Shown piece by piece: positions 1 through 11,870 of a stretch of 64,000 nt of DNA (position 1 is the stretch's first letter; each line of letters begins with the position of its first letter). This stretch comes from Haliotis cracherodii (taxonomy: Eukaryota), in assembly GCF_022045235.1 (NCBI RefSeq), contig NW_027266341.1, forward strand, positions 57,288,001-57,352,000, read 5' to 3'. The translations under genes were made by a program, and so were the position numbers. Under the pieces are notes generated by a model, which was given only the letters and a program-made list of their open reading frames with translations, had not been told where the DNA came from and ran no database searches.

Positions 1-287
1 ATCTTTGTTCATCTGACGTTAAACAAACGGAAACTGCGATGTTGGATGCAGGACCAAGACATTTACCACTTTGGTGAACTCTACAAGAATGGGTATGGTG
101 CTGACAAACCAAGAATCTTGCGATTTGGGGATTCGAACCCATGGGTTTCTGGCTAAGGGACCCAATTCAACACAAGATGCCCCTCATTAGACGATTGAAC
201 CTCCCGTAAGAGCAAGGTTAAAGCATTCAGGAAGAGAACTACCACACACACATTTCTCCGGTGGGGCAATATGTTAAACAGCACATA

Positions 288-490
288 CACTGCCGGGCAA
301 AAGAAAGTATACACTTGAAAAATAATTTGACGTTTGTGATCAAACGTTACTAGGCTGAAATTAGTCGCCGCAATAATTCAAAGGTCCATCACACCTCTAT
401 CATACCCGTATCAAATCATCCATCGCATAACCATTTGTTGTTTGTTATATTTTAGTCACTTGAGTGTGTACTTTTCTTTGCACGGCAGTG
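288..490. mobile_element. Tc1/mariner-type MITE
   Basis: Imperfect TIRs CACTGCCGGGCAAAAGAAAGTATACACT / AGTGTGTACTTTTCTTTGCACGGCAGTG flanked by TA on both sides; a related end lies at ~53044-53075. Confidence 0.7.
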
Positions 491-790
491 TATTAGACAC
501 GGATCATATATACATACAACCCATTTCTCTGCATGTGAGGTAATATCAAGATACTTTTACGTTCATTGTTTTTCTGACATAACATTCCTTGGTAGTAGCA
601 GTCCTTGGGCATTGTCACCTAGGACTGAATGTCTAAGGTCACTGGATATACTTGTCCTTGGCCACTAATTCTAGAATATAATGTATTGCTGACATTGTGT
701 AGGACTGTCCTACGACATTGGATGGCGAGAAATAAAGTAAAACTACAGATGGCCTTATGCTGTTATTTTGAGTCTTCAAATAGAAATGCA

Positions 791-1719
791 CACGGAGGTG
801 GTTGAAAAGTTCTGAGCCAAACTACGATGGACTTCGTTGACGAAGTTGGTTGCTAATTATCTTCCCAAATGATCCCCCGCGAGGTCCACACACTTCTGCC
901 AATGATTCTGGAGTGCTTGGATCCTACTTTAGAAGGCGTCCTCCTGGTGTAAAAAGTCATCCACACAGAAATGATGTCATTTGCATAATACTTGCCCGAA
1001 GTTCTTTTTTCAAGTTTTAGAAGGTGAAATGTGATGGTGCCAAATCTGGTGAATACGGAGGATGTTCAAAGAGTTAAAAGCCACAGTCTTGTATTGCCAC
1101 AATAGCAAAAACAGACGTATGCACAGATGAATTGTCCTTGTGGAACACAGGCCTTAAGTGAGTCTTCAACGATGCTTAGCCTTGATATTCACGATGTGCC
1201 TACTGTATTGGCCATGCGACGTGTTTTGAGTCGTCGATCATCCGTAATAATATCATCATTTTCTTCATTGGTGGCAGTTGAATTCCTTATCATAGAACAG
1301 CTTCGAGGTTCCCCGTTTTGAACTCCGCTATCCTTTTCCTAGCAGTGGAAAGGAAGAAGCATCATCATCTAAAGTTGACACCATGTCTGCAATGCTGGCT
1401 GTTGGAGTTACCCTTTCAGTTGGAGATTCTTGATGACAGCTCTGTAGCTAATAATAGTGTAGCGCTATGAGCATCCACTGGGTGAATGGAATCTGGCGCA
1501 TTATAAATACACTTATTATTATTAGCCAGTGTTGTCAATTCTTATCAACAGAGAACACCTGTCCACTTTGATGCCTGCAGAAATATGTTGCCTGGTTGTG
1601 TATTTGGTTCAAATGCATCCCGCAAGCAGGGAAGTATTGTGCTTAATTCATGCAAACCGTTAAGGGTGTACTATACTTCCTTCGTATTTAGTCGCAGAAC
1701 TTTTCAGCCACCTTTCGAA
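791..1719 (-). mobile_element. Decayed, internally deleted mariner transposon
   Basis: TIRs GGAGGTGGTTGAAAAGTTCTGAGCC (~794-818) and GCAGAACTTTTCAGCCACCTTTCG (~1694-1717). The minus strand encodes broken transposase pieces, including HPPYSPDLAPS and IQALQNHWQKCVDLAGD, with stops and frameshifts. Confidence 0.85.
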
Positions 1720-1731
1720 TTATGAACGTAC

Positions 1732-1883
1732 CCGATACAGTTCTCAGGGTCATTAACACAGTCAATATTACACCGGAATCGCTCCCAGTCCAACCAGCCC
1801 ATGGGAGGGGTCAAGGCCAGGCCGTTGTCTAGACCTAAGGTCAAGGTCACGGCATTCAGGAAGAGGAGAACGAGCGCAAACAT
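1732..1883 (-). CDS. GH27 alpha-galactosidase/alpha-N-acetylgalactosaminidase-like paralogue 0, first coding exon only (gene continues off the left edge)
   Basis: ATG at 1883; [50 protein letters not shown] (signal peptide plus GH27 N-terminal motif); donor GG|GTACGT at 1731. An upstream acceptor at 1899-1900 and donor AG|GTAAGC at 2058 imply a 5'UTR exon. Confidence 0.9.
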
Positions 1884-2223
1884 TTCTGTGGTGAATCTCT
1901 GCAACAAACAGCATATATGAGGAAACTTTTTTTAATGAGGATATTTGAGGATATGATTATCTGGAGGGGTTTTAAACACTAAACAGGTGATACAAACTTG
2001 CGGTTTTAGCGTCCCGACTGTTGCAGATGCTCCCTTTGACCGACTTGCGCAAGCTTACCTTCGGATATCAGACGTGACCTTCCAATCTTGATAACACTCG
2101 CGATAGCGACATCGTTTACAGTCAGTGTGCAACACTGTCACTGTGACGTATTTGCTGCACCATTTGTAGGAACGCTTATGACACATTATTAATATTGATG
2201 ATGATGATGATGATGATGTCAAT

Positions 2224-2485
2224 CACATTACTGTCGAAAGAGACTGAAAATTCAATGATATAAATAATTTCATTGGATTTATCAAAAAAGGACAAGATCA
2301 GGTTGGTTGGCCTGGATAGTCTAAGGCTGTATACGGGCCTATTCCAAAGAATTTTGTATTGATCATTTTCCATGACGCCCACTACATATTCCGGGTCGTA
2401 CCATGGATGGACCTTTGTGTCAAAACCACAAGCATGGCGAAGACGGTAATAAAATGATCGAGCTTCTCCATCATGTCGCTTAAGA
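2224..2485 (-). mobile_element. Non-LTR retrotransposon fragment, restriction-like endonuclease region (R4/Dong-like)
   Basis: Frameshifted translation RHDGEARSFYYRL...PWYDPEYVVGVMENDQYKILWNRPV...ANQPDLVLFDK...IIEFSVSFDSN matches the RHD..PD..D/E..K RLE pattern; flanked by (ATG)n and (ATT)n microsatellites. Confidence 0.7.
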
Positions 2486-3633
2486 TACTGTTGTTGTTAT
2501 TATTATCATTATCATTATTATTATTATTAAGTTCATTATGACTAGACACACACGAACCACCTGTTAAGAAGCTGATCTATGGCATGAAGGCGTTGCCTGG
2601 TAACGTAAGATAATTATAGTATATTATTAGAAAGGATGCGAGTGAAAATAAAATATGACCCTATGCATGCCCATGGACTAAAAATAATAAAACAAACTAC
2701 TTTCACGACATTACTCTTTTCCGCACACAGTGTTTTGGGGTGCCAAGTGACCTTACAGCAGTTGCCTATGCGTATTGCCGTCCAGTGTCACCATGGTCAG
2801 TCTGAGACATTACTCTTCAACTCGCATGGCCGTGAGGTTTCGCTAAGTACAGGATCAATGGGTCCAATGACAGTTCATACCAACATGGACATTATAGTAC
2901 CGCCGCAAACGCATACAAGCATAAACACAAAGTGTGATACTCACATAAACTTTACTGAGCTTCAATCCATCTCTGAATACTCAACTCGGGTTCGACTCGA
3001 TCGACTGGTTGTAAAACCCGCACCACTCTCATTACGATGAAGCCATCTTTATCAATTGTTCGCGCTCTTTGTCACATCTCTCACATGTCCTGAGACATCA
3101 TTTTAATTTGTTAAAAACTTATCAGACTACGATCACGCGTTTGTCTCGTGATCGCAAATTACTGACAACTACACACTGGTGATTCGCCGTTTACTGATTC
3201 GCTTAATGATCTTATGTCTTCTGTTTATCTTGATTTATCCAAACCCAACTATAACATCGAAATTACCGCGAGATTAGCCACCATTTTGAATGTTTAATTT
3301 GTTTGAATTTTGTGATGCATTTTTACATGTATAAAGAGATTAAAGAGGTTTATATTCATAGTCCAATACACACATCTTCGAGGTCAATGTAAGCAAATGT
3401 GTTGTCTGAAAGTCAGTTGTTTTATCAGCAAATGGCCTTGGCTCAACCATCAGACAACGATCAAGTGGGAGAGTCATGCTAGATACTAACTGAACGTCCT
3501 TGACACTGTTTCCTGTCACTGTGCTATGGTAATTCGTATCAATGCGTATGATATCTGAGAAATAATTTATAAAACTCGGCTATCAGAAACTTCCCTTCAG
3601 TGTACATCTGGGTAGCGGTTAGGAGAATCAGTT

Positions 3634-6600
3634 ATGACGAAGGTGGGTTTCTTTGTGGCAGAATATGAACTCCAAAGTATTTGTTTATTTGTTAATTTGT
3701 ATGGACATAGATACTGCACGAATATATAGATAATTCTGTCCCAAGATTTTGTTTGTTTGTTTTTTGTTTAACGTCGCATTCAGCAATATTCCAGCTATAT
3801 GACGGCGGTCGGTAAATAATCGGGACAGGACCAGACACTCCAGTCATGTGGGATACGATGACATGCATCAATCACGTCAGCGAGCCTGACCACCCGGTCC
3901 CGTTAGTTGCCTTTTAAGGCAAGCATGGGTTGCTGAAGACGGATCTCCACGGGTCCTGTCCAGAGGTACATCTATCCAGATCGCATTCTTCTGCATCTTC
4001 TTCTTCTTCTTCTTCTTCCATAGTAGATAAGTGAGTTTATAAATCTATACCAGGTAAATACGTGGATAGTTGTCTCCCTTTGCGTTACTGCGGTTACCCT
4101 TACCGCAGCCCTAGACAACGGCTTGGCCTTGACGCCTCCTATGGGCTGGTTGGCATGGACACGGTTCCGATGTAATATAGACTGTGACAATGATCCAGAC
4201 AATTGTATAAGGTAAGAAATATAAGTAAAATAATAAACATTGTCGATAGGGATTTTGTATGGAGACTAGATATATTTTCAGCCTCGTTTGCAAAACCAGA
4301 TATTTCTTTTAAAAAACCAACCCTTGCAACAATGTAATTTTTTATGGCAGACAATTTCTTTTTTTTCAACAGTCTGAAGGATAATTTTTTCAAGCATTTT
4401 CTGGGACAATATATATTTTTTCGATAAATCCCTGGCCCCATTAAGTTTCTAAGAAAAGGACCCGTGACGATCCGGGTTAGAACTGATCTTTAGCAACCCA
4501 TGCTTGTCGTAAGAGGCGACTTACGGGATCGGGTGGTCAGACTCATTGACTTGTTTGATGCATGTCATCGTTTCCCGATTGCGTGGACCACATTGCATAA
4601 CGGCCGTATGTATTGACGGGTTTGTGTAAGTAAAGTAGTAAAGTCGTAAAGTATTGACGATGCATACCCTGGTCAAGAGCATGTTCTGTGATCCATCTTA
4701 AAGAACAATATCTTCTTTGATGAACAGTGTATTCTATAGCTAGATCAACGGTGTATTATGTAATGCATTCCTTGATGAACAGTATACTCTGTAATACATA
4801 CCTTGATGAACAGCATATTCTGTAATGTATACATTGATGAACAGTATATTCTGTTATAAATACCTTGATGAACAGTATATTCTGTTATGCATACCTTGAT
4901 GGACACTATATATTCTATAATGCATACCTTGATAACTAGTATGTTCTGTGATCTGTCTTGATGAACAGTATATTCTTTGATTCACCTAAAGCTGGATGAA
5001 CAGCATATTCTTGATTTACCTTGATGAATAGTGTGTTCTGAGAGTGAAACGTGTCTCAATAAACAATGTATTCTGTGTTGGCCACAGCGAGAGACTGTTC
5101 CGGACGATGACGGACCTGCTTGTGTCCGGGGGCTACAAAGACGCCGGGTATGAGTACCTGTGTGTTGATGACTGCTGGCTGGCTGAGGAGAGAACGGCGG
5201 ATGGATCTCTCCAAGGAGACCCCAAACGGTTCCCAAGTGGAATGAAAGCTCTTGGAGATTACGTTAGTATATCATTATATTCCTAATGGTAATCCAGGAT
5301 AAGTCAAACCAACTCACAAAAAGCGTATTTGGTTTGTTACAGGTGGAGAGGGTGTACGCATGTTATGCACGTGCAGGTCATGACTACATTCCCGTGGACA
5401 CATAGGTTTCTCATAAGACTATTAAGTGGTCGATACCACCGTTACTTAATTTCTAACAGTATTAATTAAGGAATATGTCATTGAGTCAAATATCACTCCG
5501 ATAATGTCTAAACCTTCGCAATCATTTGATGAATTATAAGACACTATTCATTATTGCTCTCTGGGGTAAAATAAGTATTCCATTTTTACAGTAAATGAAT
5601 TCCCTTCATTGAGACGATACTCCTCTTTTTAGTATGCAAATTTAAATTTTCTGTCATCGTTTTCACAGTCATCGGGTAGCTCACATCAGTGCGTACTATT
5701 ATGTGCTATTGAACTCGCCTCTAGAACTCGCTGTCGAGACAGGACACGCACCTATCCATCGCAATACTTGTCGCGGACCACCCGCTACCCCTTTCTTCAC
5801 AATGGTACGCGCCAGTGGGCGGACCTCATACATAGTCATAATTGGAAAATTTGTGCAAAAGACAACAATTGGTCGGCTCCTCCATTCGTAGACAAAGTGG
5901 CCAAAAGAACATTCTGTCTTCAATAAAAGTTCCTTGTAATATTCAGTACAACAACGTAAAGTGCTTTCTCTGATAGTGTAATGTGTGAATATTTATATTT
6001 GGGCTTTTATGTCTATCGAAAGAGATACAGTAACACATTGCCAGTCATCCTGATCAGATGAGCATGGAACTACCGTACAGTTAATGCACTGCATATGTCT
6101 CTTGTAATATCTATAGTGCCGGAACATCAGATGAGCAAATGTGTGGACGGGCTCCATTTGGGTTCATTCTAAGGAATTGAAACATATTCAAATATTTCGT
6201 ATTATGCCCAAATGTAATACATTGCTGACTGCCTCCGAGGTCTAGTGGTAGAGCGTCCGCCCGGAGAGCGGAAGGCAGGGGGATCGATCCCCGGCCGCGT
6301 CATACCAAAAGACGTTAAAAGATGGTACTTGTTGTTACCCTGTCTGGCGCTCGGCATTAAGGGGCTAAAACAAGGGTTGGTCGGCTCGGAGTCAGTATAC
6401 TGTGTCTGAGTGGGGTATTCATGTCAAACCTCGGCATGGTATTTTCAGTGAGATAGCACTATAAATCGGCATCAGTCCGGTCTAGTACAAGCAGCCACAC
6501 ACACACACGCGCATGCATGCACGTCGCTATATAAGTGCAATAATCTTGGACGCGACGTTAAACCCCATTTCACCTCACCTCACCGTAATACATTGCTAAT

Positions 6601-6656
6601 CATCTTGATTAGACCATCTTCATCGGATTAACAGGGAACAGTCAAACCTGTACACC

Positions 6657-6692
<36 letters not shown>

Positions 6693-9600
6693 CTGCTTGT
6701 ACTAGTCCTGACTGATGCCGATTTATAGTGCAAGCCCACTGAGATACCATGCCGCAGTTTAACAGGAACACACCACTCAGACACAGTGACTCCGAGCCGA
6801 CCAGTCCTTGTTTTAGCCCCTAATGCCGTGCGCCAGTGCCATCTTTATACGTCTTTTGGTATGACGCTCCTGGGGATAGAACCCCGGACCTTCCGCTCTA
6901 GAACTAGTTTGTTTGTTTGTTGTATAACGCCGCACTCAGCAATATTCCAGGTATATGACGTAGGTCTGTAAATAATCGAGTCTGGACTAGAAATTCCAGT
7001 GATTGACATCATGAGCATCGGTCCACGAAATTGGGATACGATGACATGAATCTACCATGGGTTGCGGAAGACCTATTCTACCCCGGATCTTCACGGGTCT
7101 CTCTACCACTAGACCACGGAGGCGGTCCCCTCGTGCAACGTACGACACAACGCAAAACGCTTTCTCAGATGTGTACCTTTTCTATATGGGTTTTAGGTTC
7201 ATTCTAAGGGATTGAAGTTCGGCATATACGCAGACTTTGGGAAAACCACGTGTGAAAAATATCCAGGGAGTGAGTTCTACTTGAAGCAGGATGCCCAGAC
7301 ATTTGCTGACTGGGGAGTTGACCTCCTCAAATTGGATGGTTGTTATGGCGACGTCCGGGACTACGACTATGGTAAAGTTGTATTGTAACTAGTTGAGCAC
7401 TGGGCGTTAACCCATGGATCACTCTCCTACCCAAGTTCCATTGGGTCAACCTAGTACCTCTGCCATGAATCTGATGTGGCGATTCGTCACAACTTACTCA
7501 ATCCTTTCAACAAATTACATATTGGTTTCATCTATTTCATGTGTTTTTTTACTTGTACCATATGTTCCCATGTTTTTAGGTGAACAATTGACTTGCCTTT
7601 GCATGTGTTTGTGATGCCACCGGTGGGGCAGGATACGCTCCCCTTTTCACCTGGTATCCGTACTATTTGATAGTGATTCATAAACACCTGCTCATGATAT
7701 AGTCCGAATTGTACAATCGACTCTGCTTTATGCAAAGATTTCTATTGGATATGGAAAGGGTTTTGTCGCTTTATTGAAAAGTCTACACATTTAGATAAAC
7801 ATGCCTCGTATAAAAGGTTTACTGTCATTGAGATAATATTTGAGTATTTATATTTTGACATTACAATGATTGTACCCTTCCACAACCAGTTTTAAGGAGG
7901 ACGTCAAGACCAAACTGGCCGTGGCGAAGTAGCGATGCGTTTTGTGCGCCTGAACTTCTAATTATATACTCGAGGAAAAAAGTAACTGTACTTCATATAA
8001 AGTTCAATAAAATACATTTCTTCTGAATGTAAATAAGGCATCTTTAAACAGGAATTCATGAACATATCTGGTCGACAAATATGGTCGTGATTCTCAGTTT
8101 GCACATGCATGTTCAGGCACGGCGGACAATTTGGATGTTTGAGTGTTTGTTGGAAGCATGATTCTCTTACACGTGTCTTTTCAATGTGAACAGCTATAGT
8201 TAGCAGGTGCTCAATAAAACACTTTTGTTTGACCGTAAATAACGCTTACGCATTGCCACGGCTTGGTGAAAATCAACGTCCATGCGCCGGTGGTATGCAG
8301 AAAACAGGAATGGCGCAAAACAAAGACATTTTAATGTTCATGGAAACACAATATCATCTCTTTGGAGACGTTATCTGCTGCAGGACAACGCTCATGTTGT
8401 TTAACGCCGCACTCAGCAATATTCCAGCGGTCTGTAAATATTCGAGTCGGGACCAGGCAATCCAGTGATTGACATCATGAGCAAACCTTTAATGAATCCT
8501 CTTGCTCTTGTTGTCATGTTGCAGGCTATCCAGCCATGACCAAGTTCCTCAACGAAACAGGACGACCCATCATGTTTCACTGTGACTGGCCCAAGTATCA
8601 AATACTAGCAGGCATTAAGGTAAAAATTATAAAATTTACATTTTACAATTAAGTGAGTGAGTATGGTTTCACGCCGCTTTTATTAATATTACAGCAACAT
8701 CATGGCGGGGAACGCCAGAAATGGGCTTCACACATTGTACCCATGAGGGGAAACGAACCCGGGTCTTCGGCGTGACGAGCGAACGCTTTAACCACTAGGC
8801 TACCCCATCGCCACTATAAATCTTCTTATAAGCATAAACTTAACAGGAATGCTGATATAATTTCGAATTCTTCAGAACAGTGATGATACAATATAACAAT
8901 GATGAAAGTTTTTCGGGTAGGTACCCAAGGGTGACAGATTCTTGGACTTCTATCTGACAGTGTATCACTGTATTTGCAGCCTAACTACACCGCAATCCAA
9001 CAATCGTGTAACCTGTGGCGTAACTATGATGATATTTGGGACAATTGGGATGGTCTGAGCGACATCATCAACTACTACGTCAAGGACGACGACGCCTTTA
9101 TGTCTTACTCGGGGCCGGGGAGCTGGGTAGACCCAGATGAGGTATGCTTTACATTTGTTTGGGTGTTGTCTTTCTCCGCGCTCTGCCTTATGTCGGCGCT
9201 TATCTCTGGTCGGCACAGGGCCATGCACGAATCACCACGTGTCACACTTATGTTTAACCGTTAGCAACAATACATTCATTCATTCACTGAATAGGTTGAA
9301 TACATGGTTCCAATTTCCTGCTATTTCTGATTTTCGCCTCAGCAAAACTATTGATATCAAGTTACATATTGTGTGAGTGAGTGAGTGAGTGAGTGAGTGA
9401 GTGAGTGAGTGCCACAGTCAGCTTTATTCCAACTATATCACGACGGCTTATAAATAACTGTGTCTGAATCAGACACAAAAATAGTTGATATTATAAATAA
9501 AGGCTGAAAAGTGTCATTATACTGAAAGTAGTTCCGGTATTAAGGTTGATTTAACTTGATTGACATCATTCGTAACCAACTCGTGTTATTCCGGGACAAG

Positions 9601-11870
9601 CCGAATAGCGACTCGTGTCCCTCTCATGGACATTTTTGCGACCGGGTTCCGTCTTAGCGCAAACGGGCGTACCTAAAATAATTGTCAACTCGTCGCGTTA
9701 TGGTTCACATCTATTTCCCCATATATTACATATATTTCAGATGCAATTTAAAACACATCTGGACATGCGGAATTATACAGTATGATTGAACACATTTAAC
9801 TGTGTCTTCGGTATATTTTTAGATGCATGACATATGTAAAAAATTATTTCTGAGGGATTCTTTGAAGAAGAACTTGAAATCATACACGCATTCTGATTGG
9901 TTTGTCGTGTTGTCGCACATAACATTCATCGATAGGGGGACGACTCTTCTTGCAGGTTACGGAAAGAGGCGATTGGTGACGAATGGATTGACATATCAAT
10001 CTCATTAAAATCAAATGAACTTTCTTATCAACCAATAAGCGTCGAGTCTTATGAACCGAGCATTCAGACAAGCATCTGATTTCTGTATCTCAAAATTGAA
10101 TATGATCGGTGTTTTCCGAATGCAAAACAATAAAACGGAGTTATTATAGTGTTGTGGATATTTGATACATCCTGTCGTTTCTGTTTATCGTGGTATCTAC
10201 AACCAAAAGGTTGTACTGTGGACGGTGTACTTGTGTTCTGCCGCGGTTTTCTTTCGATAAGATCGAAAGTTTTGAATCGAGGCGGTAAAGGCGAATCGTT
10301 TCAGAAAGCTGACATGTGATTGGCTAAAGAACCCACACGTCCTTCATTTAGATTGGGCGGTCAAAGTTTAGCGTAGAGTTCACCTGACGCGACTTTCTAT
10401 TGTGGTGTTCTCAGATCTTCAAACAGAGATATAAGACCTGATTTTAATGAGATCGGGGAGAAGTGGCTTTAATGTTTTCAGATGAAGGTACTTATCATCA
10501 CCAAATATATCCGTATTAAACTTACTTTTAGTCTAGTATACCTTTCCCACAGTTGATTATCGGCAACTTCGGGCTCAGTGATGTACAAGAACGTGTGCAG
10601 ATGGCGCTGTGGGCGATGCTCCCCGCCCCACTGATAATGTCCAATGACCTGAGGAGCATCCGCAACCAGTCAAAGCAACTGCTGCTTAACCCACGGGTCA
10701 TCGCCATTAACCAGCAACAACTCAGCACCAGTGCACGAAGAATAACCACGGTCAGAAAAGATAACTGCTTTTTGAATAATTAATGTTTGCATCAGTCCTT
10801 TTTTATTTTGATATATCCTGAAAGTTTACATTTACATATGTCATTGATCTTATTTAAATAAATGTCTGAGACACCAACGATATAAAGAATTGGTAATGTG
10901 ACACTGTATGTTATACTCGATGGACACAAATTCTCGTTCACATCATATTATATACAGAAGCAGAGGAAGAATTTTAATGGGTAGTCAAATAACTATTGGC
11001 ATGGAGCCCGTACATCATCGATAATCGATTTCAGTTTCTGTACCTCGCTCATAGTATGTCGACCCCTGAAGATCCGGGGTAGAATAGGTCTTCAGCAACC
11101 CATGCTTGCCGTAAAAAGGTGACTATGATTGTCGTAAAAGGCGACTAACGGGATCGGGTGGTCAGGGTCGCTGACTTGGTTGATGGATGTTGTCGTATCC
11201 CAATTGCGTGGGTCGATACTCATGAAATTAATCACTGGATTGTCTGGTCCAGACTCGATTATTTACAGACCGCCTCCATATAGCTGGAATATTGTTGAGT
11301 GCGGCGTTAAACAACATACAACAACCATCACAGTATGTCATATTGTGAACATTACAAAATGAGTTTCGTCGGAAAATAAATACGGCATTCTTTAAAATAT
11401 TTTGCTGTTTTATGTTTTATGTGGAAACATATATATATATATATATATGCAAAGTGATATAATTAGGTCAGCGCAACCGGGAGAAACACTCTGCATTTGC
11501 CGATTTGATTCGATATTCAAATCTCATTGCCTGACGTACCGGGACAATTATTTATTTATTTGTCCAGGTTGGTGCAGTTGACGTTTGGACTCGATCGATC
11601 CTGCCTACCGGAACTAAAGTAATTGCTTTAGTTCACATGAACATCACCAGAAACTACGCTGTCCAAGCCCGCTTCATCGCCCAGGCAAAGGACATCGGTC
11701 TCACCGACGCAAGCGGATATGATGTCATAGAGACATTTGACGGCACAAGTCTTGGTCACTTCAATCCCGGTGATACGATTGGTCCGATTGTTGTGGATCC
11801 GACGGGCGTGTACCTGATGACAGCCACGCCCACTAGTTCTCTCCCGGAACAGAAACTAAATTATGATTAA
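3634..11870 (+). CDS. GH27 alpha-galactosidase/alpha-N-acetylgalactosaminidase-like paralogue 1 (~424 aa)
   Basis: Exons 3634-3642 (MTK, inferred), 4054-4211, 5088-5262, 7197-7371, 8525-8619, 8980-9141, 10553-10750, 11568-11870; all GT-AG and in phase. Motifs [25 protein letters not shown] (nucleophile Asp), [10 protein letters not shown] (acid/base Asp), [14 protein letters not shown]. Confidence 0.93.
4667..5045. repeat. ~31-bp degenerate minisatellite (~11-12 copies)
   Basis: Unit CCTTGATGAACAGTATATTCTGTAATGCATA recurs at 4770, 4801, 4832, 4863, 4894 and onward. Confidence 0.85.
6227..6584 (+). mobile_element. tRNA-derived SINE (MetaSINE-like), full length
   Basis: A/B-box head (GGTCTAGTGGTAGAGCG...GATCGATCCCC), central CATACCAAAAGACGTTAAAAGATGGTACT domain, (TCACC)n tail; 13-bp TSD GTAATACATTGCT at 6214-6226 and 6585-6597. 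Confidence 0.85.
6659..7127 (-). mobile_element. Second MetaSINE-like copy, interrupted by a family-A SINE (~6908-7099)
   Basis: Reverse-complement similarity to 6227-6584; the nested insertion is flanked by an imperfect repeat CTCTAGAACTAG/CTCTACCACTAG. Confidence 0.75.
8652..8813 (-). mobile_element. tRNA-derived SINE family C (~165 bp)
   Basis: Reverse complement of GGGGTAGCCTAGTGGTTAAAGCGTTCGCTCGTCACGCCGAAGACCCGGGTTCG...GCGGCGTGAAACCATACTCACTC; further copies at ~29237-29352, 40308-40463, 50952-51115 and 61871-62037. Confidence 0.85.
9999..10453. mobile_element. Putative non-autonomous TIR element
   Basis: 15-bp inverted termini ATCTCATTAAAATCA / TGATTTTAATGAGAT; the right end is homologous to ~15098-15200. 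No clear TSD. Confidence 0.5.
11061..11327 (+). mobile_element. SINE-like family A, full length
   Basis: Starts GACCCCTGAAGATCCGGGGTAGAATAGG and ends GCGGCGTTAAACAAC..; imperfect TSD TCATAGTATGTC/TCACAGTATGTC. More than 25 full or partial copies occur in the window. Confidence 0.85.

Noticed and set aside
2636-3040. 134-aa ORF between the divergent genes
   Set aside because: No recognisable domain and no splice partners; likely a chance ORF.
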